DNA from: Alphaproteobacteria bacterium
Lineage (GTDB): Bacteria; Pseudomonadota; Alphaproteobacteria; SP197
DNA: 64,000 nucleotides
Direction of reading: 5' to 3'
NCBI GenBank assembly: GCA_964291415.2
Contig: OZ219920.1
Span: forward strand, 608,001 to 672,000
How positions within the stretch are numbered: the stretch's first letter is position 1; the number at the start of each line of letters is the position of its first letter. Positions 19,893 through 29,880 of this stretch are shown in pieces. Under the pieces are notes generated by a model. It was given only the letters and a program-made list of their open reading frames with translations, was not told where the DNA came from and searched no databases. Made by a program: the position numbers and the translations under genes.

Positions 19893-21167
19893 ATGTCAGT
19901 TAAGTCGAGTCGACGCACCTTTGTTCCGACAGGCAGACAGTTTCGTTTCGAGTTGATGCGGCGACTCGAACCGGTGATGCCGAGTTTGTGCTTGTCAATT
20001 GGCTCTGTTACGCGGGAGGCGGACTTCAGTGCACTGGCCAAGTGGGGTCCTCTGACTGTTGTGGAAACACCGGAGGCGCCCCTGCCGGCCGAATGGATGC
20101 GGAAGTTCAGCGCCGAGTTTGAATTGGAACATCGGCGCGAGGGACACGTGTCGGCAACTTCTGAGCTCGAGTTGCAATTGGCAATGTTCGGGGACGTGTG
20201 GGTCTTCGGGCACACCGGGCAGATTGTGGATGCAGGAATGGGGCGGTCGATTACACCGGTTCACCGTGGTTCCACAATGCCGGGACTGTTGCGTGCTCGG
20301 CGGCTCGATGGAGTGGCGTTCAGTCTGTTTACCGGAGTGCCGGGAAAGAGGAGGAACTACTATCATTTCCTGATGGAGAGTATCCCCGAGAAGTTGGAGG
20401 CGCTTCGCTTGGCTGTAGAGGCTTTCGGTCACCTCACTCTGCTTCTGCCCACGTCCGACCATCCGCTCGATGTGGCACTGGTTTCAGAGGCACGGAGACT
20501 GTTCCCCGGGCTCCCAGTTCAACAGCTTCGAAAGTCCGAGAGACTTCGGTGCGAGTCCGTTGTGTTCCATCGCGTGCGACGATCGAGCATATTCCGGTCG
20601 CCGGCAAGCGGACGATTGCTTTCCCTTGCGGTGGAGGCGATGCGACATTCGTTCCAAACTCGGCCGAGAACAAAGGGGTCGATGGGCAATCTTGCGAGAC
20701 GACGGCTCTTCGTTTCTCGCGCCGATGCCAACAAGAGACGTTTGTTGAACGAAGACGATGCGCTTAGGCGCATTGAGCATCTCGGGTTCCAGCACGTGAT
20801 GCCGGGACGCCTTCCGGTTGAGGACCAGATTGCACTGTTCTCCGAAGCGCAGATTATCGCCGGACCGCATGGGGCGGGTCTGACCAATCTGATCTTCATG
20901 CCGAAGGGTGGAGCAGTGGTTGAGAACTTTCATCCAGGCTGGGTACAAGGCGCCTTTGCGTGGCTCTCGCACCTCACTGGACAGACTTACGGTCATGTTG
21001 TGGCGGACAAACTTGCGACAGATCTGGACTACCAGCTGTCGGGTGTGGGGCTCGATGCCTTTGAGCGAGAGGTCGAAGCGGCGCTTGAGAGAGTCACTGC
21101 GACCAAGGAATGGGCTTCTGTGCCTGACGGGGAACGCAGCTCCCTGCGGGCGAAAGAATCTCCATGA
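19893..21167 (+). CDS. Glycosyltransferase family 61 (DUF563) protein
   Basis: NYYHFLME, LFVSRADA..RRLLNE, and QIALFSEAQIIAGPHGAGLTNLIF. Confidence 0.88.
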   Translation: MSVKSSRRTFVPTGRQFRFELMRRLEPVMPSLCLSIGSVTREADFSALAKWGPLTVVETPEAPLPAEWMRKFSAEFELEHRREGHVSATSELELQLAMFGDVWVFGHTGQIVDAGMGRSITPVHRGSTMPGLLRARRLDGVAFSLFTGVPGKRRNYYHFLMESIPEKLEALRLAVEAFGHLTLLLPTSDHPLDVALVSEARRLFPGLPVQQLRKSERLRCESVVFHRVRRSSIFRSPASGRLLSLAVEAMRHSFQTRPRTKGSMGNLARRRLFVSRADANKRRLLNEDDALRRIEHLGFQHVMPGRLPVEDQIALFSEAQIIAGPHGAGLTNLIFMPKGGAVVENFHPGWVQGAFAWLSHLTGQTYGHVVADKLATDLDYQLSGVGLDAFEREVEAALERVTATKEWASVPDGERSSLRAKESP

Positions 21168-21979
21168 CCCGGCAATTCAAGGAACCGCCACTCCTCATTG
21201 AGTGGATCTATGCCGTCATGAACCAGACATACAGATGCGGTTATGTCGGTCGCAGGGTGTTCGGTCGCTTGCGTTGGATTGAACAGAAACTCCTGTTTGG
21301 CGAGCGCCGTTTCCTTGATGTGAGGAGGTACGGCATGCGATGGAGGGTTAGCCGATTCGGCAATGTCTCTGAATCGCGCATACTGCGCAGGCCAAGTTCT
21401 TTCGAAAAGGAGGAGGTTGACTTCGTTCTGGCGTTGGCGGTCGACAATTTTGTATTTGTTGATGTCGGTGCGAACTGCGGTTTCTGGTGCTTGAGGGTTG
21501 CGGAGAAGCTCGCCGGTGGCGGCACGGTCATCGCCATTGAACCACAGCCAGTCCTGTTGGAGCGGCTTTGTTACAATGCGATGATCAATGACGTTGAACT
21601 GGATGGCGTTCATGGATGTGTGATCGGAGATCGAGCCGGCCGCGCATTGTTGGAGGTGGACGATCACAACCTGGGAAGGAGTCGCGTCTCGGAGTCCGGC
21701 ACAAAGGACGTGGAAATGAGGACCTTGTTGGAGATCATTCAGGGACATGGACTGAGATGCATCGATGCTATCAAGGTGGATGTGGAGGGCTACGAGGATC
21801 GTGTCCTGAAGCCATTTCTTGACAGTGCTCCTGTGCACTTGTTGCCAAGAGTGATCGTGGCAGAGTGCTCATGGTCGGAAAACTGGAACTGCGATTGGAT
21901 GGCGATAGCCCGCCGAATGGGGTACAGGGAACTGAAGCGGACACGGAATCACAATGTCATATTGATGCGAGAGATGTGA
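21164..21979 (+). CDS. FkbM family methyltransferase
   Basis: VDVGANCG, IAIEPQP, and IKVDVEGYE. ATGA overlap with the GT61 gene. Confidence 0.9.
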   Translation: MTRQFKEPPLLIEWIYAVMNQTYRCGYVGRRVFGRLRWIEQKLLFGERRFLDVRRYGMRWRVSRFGNVSESRILRRPSSFEKEEVDFVLALAVDNFVFVDVGANCGFWCLRVAEKLAGGGTVIAIEPQPVLLERLCYNAMINDVELDGVHGCVIGDRAGRALLEVDDHNLGRSRVSESGTKDVEMRTLLEIIQGHGLRCIDAIKVDVEGYEDRVLKPFLDSAPVHLLPRVIVAECSWSENWNCDWMAIARRMGYRELKRTRNHNVILMREM

Positions 21980-22089
21980 CAGCGGTGGTGCCAGTAAACT
22001 TGAATATCACGATTGCGTAGACACAGTGGTGAGTGGATCAGTCAAGTGTCGAAGCCTCTCCTTAGCCTTCTCGAAGTGTAACCGGTCTT

Positions 22090-22866
22090 GTGAAGATCAC
22101 GGTTATCAGTCTGGATCGATCGAAGGATCGACAACGTGAAATCTCAGCGCATCTGGGAGCGTTGGGATTGGACTTTGACTTCCACCGCGCGGTTGATGGC
22201 GTGAAATTCCCGGATGAGTGTCGAGCATTGGTGGACTGGAATGGATCCCGTCGCAATGGCATCTATGTCCAGATGGGTTCCGTGGCCAACTGGATCAGCC
22301 AGTGCCAGGTGTTCCAAGACATGGTGGAGAATGGCCCTGAAGTCATGACTGTGCTGGAGGATGACGCCGTACCAACCGGGGAATTGGCGTCGGTTCTGGG
22401 ATTGCTTGAGACCATGACCGACCAGTTTGACATCGTCTTTCTTCACTCCGGTCCGGACCGGCCATTCATACCGGCACTTGATCTTCCAACTGGTCACCGG
22501 TTGGGGAGACTGCGGTGGTCGCACTTTGGAACGCAGGGTTACGTGATTACCAGGCGGGCAGCGGCGACTTTTCTGCAACACTATCCCCTGGCAAGGACCG
22601 GAATTGATCGTGCTCTCGCAAGCTATTGGAGACATGGTTTGAGGACGTTCTGCCTGCGTCCCGCGGTTGTTCACCATGCGGAGCACTTCCAGCATGAGAA
22701 TTCGCTGAAGTGGCAAGCGGCTGTCATCAGGTGGGAGGATCCCCTGTGGCGTCTGCGTCGTGGATGGTTCAGGACGAAAGAGGGTGTAGCCAAGAGGATC
22801 GCGTTTTCGCGGCTCATGATGGAGGCGCATGGCCCATTGGACGGTCTTCGCAAAGTGCTTTGGTGA
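22090..22866 (+). CDS. Glycosyltransferase family 25 protein
   Basis: VISLDRSKDR, FHRAVDG, VLEDDA, and GTQGYVIT. Confidence 0.87.
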   Translation: MKITVISLDRSKDRQREISAHLGALGLDFDFHRAVDGVKFPDECRALVDWNGSRRNGIYVQMGSVANWISQCQVFQDMVENGPEVMTVLEDDAVPTGELASVLGLLETMTDQFDIVFLHSGPDRPFIPALDLPTGHRLGRLRWSHFGTQGYVITRRAAATFLQHYPLARTGIDRALASYWRHGLRTFCLRPAVVHHAEHFQHENSLKWQAAVIRWEDPLWRLRRGWFRTKEGVAKRIAFSRLMMEAHGPLDGLRKVLW

Positions 22867-23067
22867 ATTGTCTTGTTGCTTGGCGTTCCTTGTTGCTTGG
22901 CGTTCTTGGCACCTATCAGTTCTTTCTGCGGTGCTACCGGGACTTGTGCGCGCATCCGTGGAGAGCTGAATACAGGAAGTGGCGCGCTCGCTGCTTCTTG
23001 GGCTGCCCCAGCTGGCGCGCCGGTGCAGGACCGCCACGTTGTCGGTCGCATTGTGGAATTCTCGGGC

Positions 23068-23908
23068 ATGACGCAGCCGATAAGCCTCGACGTCAACGGC
23101 AAGACGTACAGCCTCGAGGCGGGTCCGGACGAGCCCCTGGCGCTCGTCCTGCGCAACCGTCTCGGGTTGACGGGCGTCTAGGTGGGCTGCGGAGTTGAGC
23201 AGTGCGGCGCCTGCGCCGTGCTCGTCGATGGGGAGTCCACGCTGAGCTGTTTCCGGCCGGCGGCCGAATTCGCCGGACAGGAGATCGAGACGGTGGAGGG
23301 GCCGGGAGGCCCCGAGCGCCCCGGTCCGGTGCGCTAGGCGCTCATCGATGCCGGCGCGGTGCAGTGCGGATACTGCACGGTCGGACCGGTGGTCGCGATC
23401 ACGGGCCTGCTGCGCAGTCGGCCGTGGCCGGACCAAAAACGCGATCCGTGCCGCGCTGGTGCCGCATCTCTGCCGCTGCAGCGCCCAATCCAGGGTGCTG
23501 CGCGATGCGGGCACTGGCGGCTGAGAGGGACCGGTGACGGGCAACCCAAGTCTGGCGGCCTATTCGAATGTCGAGGACTGGATTGCCGTGCGCGCGGATG
23601 GCGGCGTGGAGGTCCGTTCGGGAAAGGTGGAGATCGGGCAGGGGATCGACACCGCGGTGGCGCTCATCGTGGCGGACGAACTGGGGGCGCCCGTCGATCG
23701 GGTTCTCATGACACCGGTCAGCATCGGTCTCGTGCCGGACGAGGGTTACACGGCAGGCAGCAGCTCGCTGGAACACTCGGGTCAGGCGCTGCGCCTTGAC
23801 GCCGTCACAGCACGGCGTGAGCTTCTCCGTCCGGCCTCGCGGCACCTGAGCGTCGATGCCGCGGATCCGAAGACCGGGACACGATGGTCCGTTTGCGCGG
23901 GCCCTTGA
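23068..23908 (+). pseudogene. Degraded partial duplicate of the nicAB-like operon (2Fe-2S subunit plus 5' end of the molybdopterin subunit)
   Basis: Colinear with 32032..~32870. In-frame TAG stops at 23179 and 23335, a later indel, and truncation near 23900. Confidence 0.9.
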
Positions 23909-24153
23909 TCTCACGGAGAGCGGCGACAATGGAACATTGCGGAGGAATGTCCTTCGGGCCTTCAGCCGGTTCTGCAAGTGCAACGTGCACCGCTGTGGCT
24001 GGAAGGGAGGACACAGGAACTTGCTCATGGGCCTGATTGCAAGCCTCCACTACCTGCTTTCCCAACTCGGGGCATGTCTTGAATTGCGGGGTTGTCGAGG
24101 GCCGATCCGCCTCTGAAGTTTCCCGGGAGCATGAGACGGGTGACGTGAACAGT

Positions 24154-24567
24154 ATGGAAGAGGCCTTCGGGGAAACGGAAACGGCGGCCGGGGTGACAGT
24201 GAAGGCAGCATCGCGTGTGCTGTCGCAGGCCCGCGCCATGGTCAAGGCGGCGCAGTCCGGCAACGTCGCGGCCATCAGGCGTGCAGGACAGCATCTTGAT
24301 GTCGCGTTCTCGGGCCTGGTTGAGTGCGCGGAGGATGCCTGCGAGAGCTGGACGTTCGACGAGGAACAGGAACGGCAGTTCTTCGAGACCCGGTTCGTGG
24401 CGGAACTGAAGGCGGCCACTGCGGAAAGAGGGCTGACGCTCCACGAACGCGAAGGGCTCCTGATGCGCTACCCGTCGATCGTTCGTGCGCTGGCGGGCGA
24501 GTGCGCCGTCAGGATGGACAGAAAGAAGGTGTCGACGGTGCGGCCGTCGTTTCTGGACTCGATGTGA
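24154..24567 (+). CDS. Hypothetical helical protein, probably 3'-truncated
   Basis: Protein-like composition and codon use (MEEAFGETE...KKVSTVRPSFL). I do not recognise a family. Confidence 0.45.
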   Translation: MEEAFGETETAAGVTVKAASRVLSQARAMVKAAQSGNVAAIRRAGQHLDVAFSGLVECAEDACESWTFDEEQERQFFETRFVAELKAATAERGLTLHEREGLLMRYPSIVRALAGECAVRMDRKKVSTVRPSFLDSM

Positions 24568-24594
24568 ACGGGCGATGGCCGGTCACAGCAGACC

Positions 24595-24870
24595 CTTTTT
24601 GCGGGTGTCGGAAATCATCCGCTTCTTCGGCATGGTGCGCTGCATCACGGCGAGGCCCACCCTCCACCCGCCAGGTTGCGATGATGACGTTCTTGGCCCG
24701 GAACGTGCGTGCCGCGAAGGGTGCTCACCGTGACGCGATCGTCTTCGGCTGCGATGTCGTCGACCTCCGCAATCGTTCGGTGGCGCGGCAGGACGGCGCC
24801 TCCATGAAGAGTTCCGGATGCCGGAACCATGTGCCATTCGAAGGGGACGCCGTCGGGCGATTCCCTGAAA
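24595..24870 (-). pseudogene. Remnant of an FAD-dependent oxidoreductase (PuuB/DAO-like)
   Basis: Pieces in different frames: HGGAVLPRH, VTVSTLRG/TFRAKNVIIAT, and MPKKRMISDTR. Confidence 0.4.
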
Positions 24871-25011
24871 TGCCCCGCCATCGCCAACCGTATCCCTCAG
24901 GCCCGGGCCTTAAGGCAGGAAGCGGAACCTGGCCTCCCGTACACGTCCCATCGGCCAGGCGGGCGGCTTGATCAGCCATGTCGGATCGCTTCTCGGCCTT
25001 GTCCACGTTTC

Positions 25012-25123
25012 TTTCCCGCTCGGGGAATTTCATTCCATGAGGGTCGTTTGCCTCTTGTGTGATCCTTATCGGGACATTTTAGTTGACAGAACCCAGGAAC
25101 CAAGGCATGTTCCCGTTCGGTAA
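25012..25123 (+). promoter_or_regulatory. hipBA promoter with putative HipB operator palindromes
   Basis: TTGACA at 25083 with CATGTT 17 nt downstream. Imperfect palindromes TTCCCGCTCGGGGAA (~25013) and TTCCCGTTCGGTAA (25110..25123). Confidence 0.6.
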
Positions 25124-25128
25124 ACTCC

Positions 25129-25371
25129 ATGCTCCACCGAACCCTCACACCCGCAGACATTGGCCGCGTCGTCAGAGCCACCCGCAAGTCCGCCGGGCTG
25201 CGCCAGGACGAACTAGCCGGGGCGGCCGGTGTTGGCCTGCGCTTCCTCGTTGAGCTCGAACGCGGAAAGCCGACCGCACAAATCGGCAAGGCGCTTCAGG
25301 TCCTGCAGGCCCTCGGTTGCTCACTGGACATCGCGACACCGCCGGAGCCCGAGGACACGGAGAAGGGATGA
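25129..25371 (+). CDS. hipB: HipB-like XRE/y4mF HTH antitoxin
   Basis: LRQDELAGAAGVGLRFLVELERGKPTAQIGK. ATGA overlap with hipA. Confidence 0.9.
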   Translation: MLHRTLTPADIGRVVRATRKSAGLRQDELAGAAGVGLRFLVELERGKPTAQIGKALQVLQALGCSLDIATPPEPEDTEKG

Positions 25372-26628
25372 GGCGTGTTCTCCACGTCTGGTGGGACGGG
25401 AAACCTGTCGGCCAGCTGACTCAGGATCGCTACGGCGACCTCGGGTTCGCCTATTCCGAGAGTTGGCTTCGCGATGAGAGTGCCCAGCCTCTCTCCGCTT
25501 CCCTGCCCAAGCGCGAGGAGCCGTTTTCCCCGCCGCGAGTGCCGCCCCTTCTTTGCCGGCCTGCTGCCCGAGGACAGTCAGCGCAACGCCGCCGCCCAGG
25601 CGTTGGGCGTATCCAGCGGCAACGACTTTGCGCTTCTCGAAGGCCTTGGCGGCGACGTGGCAGGCGCACTTCAGCTCCTGCCGCCTGGAGAGCCTCCAGG
25701 AGACTCCGACTTCGACAGCCAGCCGTCTCCACTCGATGAGGCGGAGCTGATCGGCGTGCTTGACGCATTGCCGACACGCCCATTGCTTGCGGGCACAGAG
25801 GGGCTCAGGCTCTCACTCGCCGGCGCCCAGTCCAAGTTGCCGGTTGTTCTCGTGGATGGCGATATCGCTTTGCCCCTGTCCGGGCAACCGACCACTCACA
25901 TTCTGAAGCCGCCGGTCGCAAGGTTTCCCGGTACCACAGAGAATGAAGCCTTCGTGATGCGGCTCGCCGCAGACATCGGTCTTGATGTCGCACGGGTGGA
26001 ACCGCGCCTGATCGGCAACCGGCCGTTCCTCCTGGTTGAGAGGTATGACCGTTTCGTGGGTGCCGATCGCAGAACCCGGCGCATCCACCAGGAAGACTTC
26101 TGTCAAGCGCTCTCGGTGCCGCCGGAACTGAAGTATGCCGAAGAGGGAGGTCCGACGCTTGAAGACTGCTTTCGCCTTCTCCGCTCTCTCTCCATTCACC
26201 CGGCACTCGACATCCTGAAGCTGCTCGATGCGGTCATTTTCAATCTGATCGTCGGCAATGCCGACGCGCACGGAAAGAACTTCTCCATCCTGTACCGCAG
26301 GAGCGGGCCCCGTCTCGCGCCCCTCTACGATCTGCTGTCGACCGTGGCCTGGCCCGAGCTGTCGCCCAGGTTCGCCATGACGATCGGCAAGCGCGCGACG
26401 CTCGCGGAACTGGACGCCGAGGGCTGGGCGGCATTCGCTTCTGGCGCCGTCCTGGGGTTGCCTTTCGTGCGCCGTCGCGTTGCCGACATCAGCCAGACCA
26501 TCAAGACACGGGCGGAAAGGGTGGCATGCACACTGAAGTATCCGGGTCTGGATGCGGGGATTCTCTCGCGTATGGCCAAACGCATCGCAGACCGGGCGGA
26601 GCGGTGCGTCCATACGATCCGGGAGTGA
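25368..26628 (+). pseudogene. hipA: HipA Ser/Thr kinase toxin, +1 frameshift in a C4 run at 25528..25531
   Basis: N-terminal MRRVLHVWWDG...PLSASLP, then FFAGLLPE, LSLAGAQSK, HQEDFCQAL, GNADAHGKNFS and LAPLYD in the next frame. Confidence 0.88.
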
Positions 26629-27141
26629 CGTCGACTCCGATATGATGTTCTTGCGGCACCCTGACGGTATCAGAGTGCCGTGGCGTCCGGTCGAAAATCA
26701 CCCGACACACTGCCGAAGTGCGTGGTTCCGGGCCTGAGTGGAGTGCTTTGTCAGATGCTCATCCGCCGAGACTGAAAGAGCTTTCAAGCGGCGCGGGCGT
26801 GGTGCCCGAGCGTTCGAAAAGATGGAGTGGCGGAACAGCTTGTGCGACATTGGCGGCGTCTCTCGTCGATATCATCGTCACCGAGGCAAGCTCCTCGGCG
26901 GTCTTCTTGCAAGATCGCCAGGTGCGCTCTCCCCAAGATCTCGATCAATCTGAGCGAATCAACCCCGAATCGCCGCTGAAAGCCTACGCCCGCTCCGTCG
27001 TGAGCTTGGGCGGGTGAGAGTGTCGGTGAAGGAAGATTGTTCGGCTTGAAATGATGTTGACGGCACGGCCCCTGCCACTTGCGGTCGAACACTTGGGGCT
27101 CTATATGTTCTGTTATTGTTCCATCGTGCAAAGCCCGTCCA

Positions 27142-28089
27142 ATGTCGTTGCCGTCGCAGCCTCATGATACGCTCTTCCGGGCGATCGTCTCCGCACCGCC
27201 GCTTGCCGCAGCGCTGCTGGCAGACTATCTCCCGGGCGAACTCGGCGCCCTCCTTGACCCCGCCAAGCCGCCGGAGCACGTCGAGGGCACGTTCATCGAT
27301 GACGAGGGGGGCAGATGCCAGTGCGACGCGCTCTTCCGTGCGCGCCTTGCCACGGGCGAGCCTCTTCACATTTACGTGCTCGTCGAGCACAAGAGCCAGG
27401 TTGACGGGACGACGCCTCTGCAGTTGCTGGGCTACATGGTGAACATCTGGCGCCGGGATCTTGCGGACGGGACGGGAAACGTGAAGCCGATCGTTCCCCT
27501 GGTCTTCTACCACGGTCGGCAGGAATGGCGGGTGCCACTGTCGGTGGCGGCGATGATCGACGCGCCGGAGGTTCTGGCGCCGTATGTGCGGGACTTTGCC
27601 TACACGGTGCACGATCTGGGCCGGATTGCGCCGGAGCGGCTCAGCCGCGATCCGGAAGTGCGCTCGGCGCTGGTGGCGACGGCGACGGACATGGGCCCGG
27701 AGGATCTGGACCGGATCGGCGCCGCTCTGGTTGCCGACGGCGTCATGGAACGTGATATTCTGCACTACCTTGCCGAGGTGGCGAATCTGATGCCGGCGGC
27801 GATGAAGGCTTCGTTGAGGCGCACACAGCCGGAACGATGGGAGATGCTGATGGGCACGATGGCAGAAACGTGGCTTGAAGAGGGACGGACAGAGGGACGG
27901 ACCGAGGGTCGGACCGAGGGAAAGGCCGAGCTGCTCCTGCAATTGATGGAACGGCGTTTCGGGGAGGTGTCAGAGACGGTGCGATCGCGCGTCTCCGGAG
28001 CCTCGACGGACGAGCTCGAGGCCTGGGGTGACGCGTTGCTTGAGGCGGCGAGCCTCGACGAGGTCATTGCTCGCGCATCCCGGCACTGA
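27142..28089 (+). CDS. Rpn family recombination-promoting nuclease (Transposase_31, PD-(D/E)XK) with DUF4351-like C-terminus
   Basis: HDTLF, CDALF...YVLVEHKS, PLVFYHG, EGRTEG repeats, and LLLQLMERRFG...ELEAWGDALLEAASLDEV. Confidence 0.92.
   Translation: MSLPSQPHDTLFRAIVSAPPLAAALLADYLPGELGALLDPAKPPEHVEGTFIDDEGGRCQCDALFRARLATGEPLHIYVLVEHKSQVDGTTPLQLLGYMVNIWRRDLADGTGNVKPIVPLVFYHGRQEWRVPLSVAAMIDAPEVLAPYVRDFAYTVHDLGRIAPERLSRDPEVRSALVATATDMGPEDLDRIGAALVADGVMERDILHYLAEVANLMPAAMKASLRRTQPERWEMLMGTMAETWLEEGRTEGRTEGRTEGKAELLLQLMERRFGEVSETVRSRVSGASTDELEAWGDALLEAASLDEVIARASRH
27850..28089 (+). CDS. Putative internally initiated RpnS-like small protein (79 aa, in frame with rpn)
   Basis: GGGAG at 27839..27843 lies 6 nt before in-frame ATG 27850. 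The same RBS-ATG block is kept exactly in the next two cassettes. Confidence 0.6.
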   Translation: MGTMAETWLEEGRTEGRTEGRTEGKAELLLQLMERRFGEVSETVRSRVSGASTDELEAWGDALLEAASLDEVIARASRH

Positions 28090-28196
28090 CGACTCCCCGC
28101 TGTGTTCGTCCGACCTTGGCCGCGTCGCAGGATCTGATGCCGACGGCGATGGAGAGTTCGCTGAGGCGCACGCAGCCGGAACGATGGGAGATGCTG

Positions 28197-28412
28197 ATGG
28201 GCACGATGGCGGAAACATGGATTGAAGTGGGCCGAACCGAGGGAAAGGCAGATCTGCTCCTGCGGCAGATGAAGCTGCGCTTTGGGGAACTGCCGGGGGC
28301 GGTGCGCACACGCATTGCCGGCGCCTCGACGGAGGAGCTTGACGCCTGGGGAGCGGCATTGCTGGACGCGCCAACCATCGAAGACGTCATGACCTCCTGT
28401 TCCCGGCACTGA
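28197..28412 (+). CDS. Orphan Rpn C-terminal cassette 1 (DUF4351-like, 71 aa)
   Basis: MGTMAETWIEVGRTEGKADLLLRQMKLRFGELP...SRH. Has its own RBS. Upstream ~85 nt is homologous to rpn. Confidence 0.75.
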   Translation: MGTMAETWIEVGRTEGKADLLLRQMKLRFGELPGAVRTRIAGASTEELDAWGAALLDAPTIEDVMTSCSRH

Positions 28413-28519
28413 CGACTCCCTGCTGCGTTCGTCCGACCTTGGCCGCGTTGCAGGACCTGACGCCGACGGCGATGCAGAGTTCGCTGGGGCGCACGCAGCC
28501 GGAACGATGGGAGATGCTG

Positions 28520-28735
28520 ATGGGCACGATGGCGGAAACATGGATTGAAGAGGGTCTGACTCAGGGTCAGGTAAGGGTGCTGCTGCGACTGATGGAGCGG
28601 CGGTTCGAGGAGGTGCCGGAGGCGGTGCGTGCACGCGTCGTCAGGGCCTCGATGGACGAGCTCGATGCCTGGGGCGATGCGCTGGTGGACGCGGCGACCC
28701 TCGACGAGGTCATCGCTCGTGCATCGCGGCACTGA
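28520..28735 (+). CDS. Orphan Rpn C-terminal cassette 2 (DUF4351-like, 71 aa)
   Basis: MGTMAETWIEEGLTQGQVRVLLRLMERRFEEVP...ASRH. Starts 323 nt after cassette 1. Confidence 0.75.
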   Translation: MGTMAETWIEEGLTQGQVRVLLRLMERRFEEVPEAVRARVVRASMDELDAWGDALVDAATLDEVIARASRH

Positions 28736-29088
28736 CGGTACCGAACTGCGTTCGCCTGGCCATGGACAATGACCCGGACAAGCGGTGGCGGAGGGGTGGC
28801 GTCGTGCCGCCGGAAGGCACGATGGCACGGACGTGGTTTGAACAGGGTTTTGCCGAGGGTTTGGGCGAAGTGCGTGCCGAATGGGACAGGGAGCGTGCCT
28901 TCGGAATGGCGGAACTGCTGTCAATCCCAACCGAAAATTGCTCACTTTTCGGAATCGAAAATCTCTCACTGTGGCTGGGTGCAGCTGTGGGTAACTGGCC
29001 CGCCGCAGCGACCGCCACGAGTCTGGCGGCGGGGGGCCAGTTATCCACAGCGGGCGTCTCGCGCTGAAGTTGTTGTTGTTGGCGGCGA

Positions 29089-29880
29089 TCATGATCCGTC
29101 CTTCTTCCGGCGCCGCTCGGCGCCGGCCTGCAGCAGGTTCTGGTGATCGCGCATGCGATAGCTGTTCCCGCGGATGTTGACGATGTGGCAGTGATGGAGC
29201 AGGCGGTCGATCAGAGCTGCCGCCATGACCTCGTCGCCGAGCACGGCGCCCCACTCCTCGAAGCCCTTGTTGGAGGTGAGCACGGTCGAGGTCCTCTCGT
29301 GTCTGGCGTTGATGAGCTGGAAGAAGAGCACGGCGCCGTCCTGGCTGACGGGCAGGTAGCCGATCTCGTCGACGACGAGGAGAGGTGGATGGGTGAGCAC
29401 GCGCAGTCGGCGCGCCAGGTTGCCGGCGGCCCTGGCCTCGGTGAGGGAGTCGATGAGCCCTGTGAGCGTGCCGTAGTAGACGCGCCGTCCGGCCTCGGCC
29501 GCGGCAATCGCCAGGCTGATGGCCAAGTGAGTCTTCCCGACCCCTGGCGGGCCGAGCAGGATCACGTTCTCGCGGCGCTCGACGAAGCCGAGTTCGTGCA
29601 GGCTCTCGATCTGCTCGCGCTTGATGGAGGGCTGGAAGGCGAAGTCGAACTCCTCGAGGGTCTTGACCGCGGGCAGCCTGGAGGAGCGCATGGCGGTCTG
29701 CAGCCTGCGGTTGTTGCGCAGCACGATGTGGGCGTTCAGCAGCTGCTCGATGGCCTCGGCGGCTGAGATGGCGCCGCTGTCGGCCTGCGCCAGGATGCCG
29801 TCGACGGCCTCGAGGGCGCCGGGCATCTTGAGGTCGGCGAGCATGGCCCGCAGCCGGTCGCGGCGTGTCGGGGCCTTCAT
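29089..29880 (-). CDS. istB: IS21 helper ATPase IstB
   Basis: KTLEEFDFAFQP, GPPGVGKTHLA, VVDEIGY, LTSN, and IDRLLHH...GNSYR. Confidence 0.95.
   Translation of the reverse strand: MKAPTRRDRLRAMLADLKMPGALEAVDGILAQADSGAISAAEAIEQLLNAHIVLRNNRRLQTAMRSSRLPAVKTLEEFDFAFQPSIKREQIESLHELGFVERRENVILLGPPGVGKTHLAISLAIAAAEAGRRVYYGTLTGLIDSLTEARAAGNLARRLRVLTHPPLLVVDEIGYLPVSQDGAVLFFQLINARHERTSTVLTSNKGFEEWGAVLGDEVMAAALIDRLLHHCHIVNIRGNSYRMRDHQNLLQAGAERRRKKDGS

Noticed and set aside
26640-27130. Short ORFs between hipA and rpn
   Set aside because: No consistent frame or recognisable homology.
27820-28740. Possible CRISPR array from the recurring ~55 nt block
   Set aside because: The period is 323-347 nt, the intervening sequences are homologous coding sequence, and there are no cas genes.
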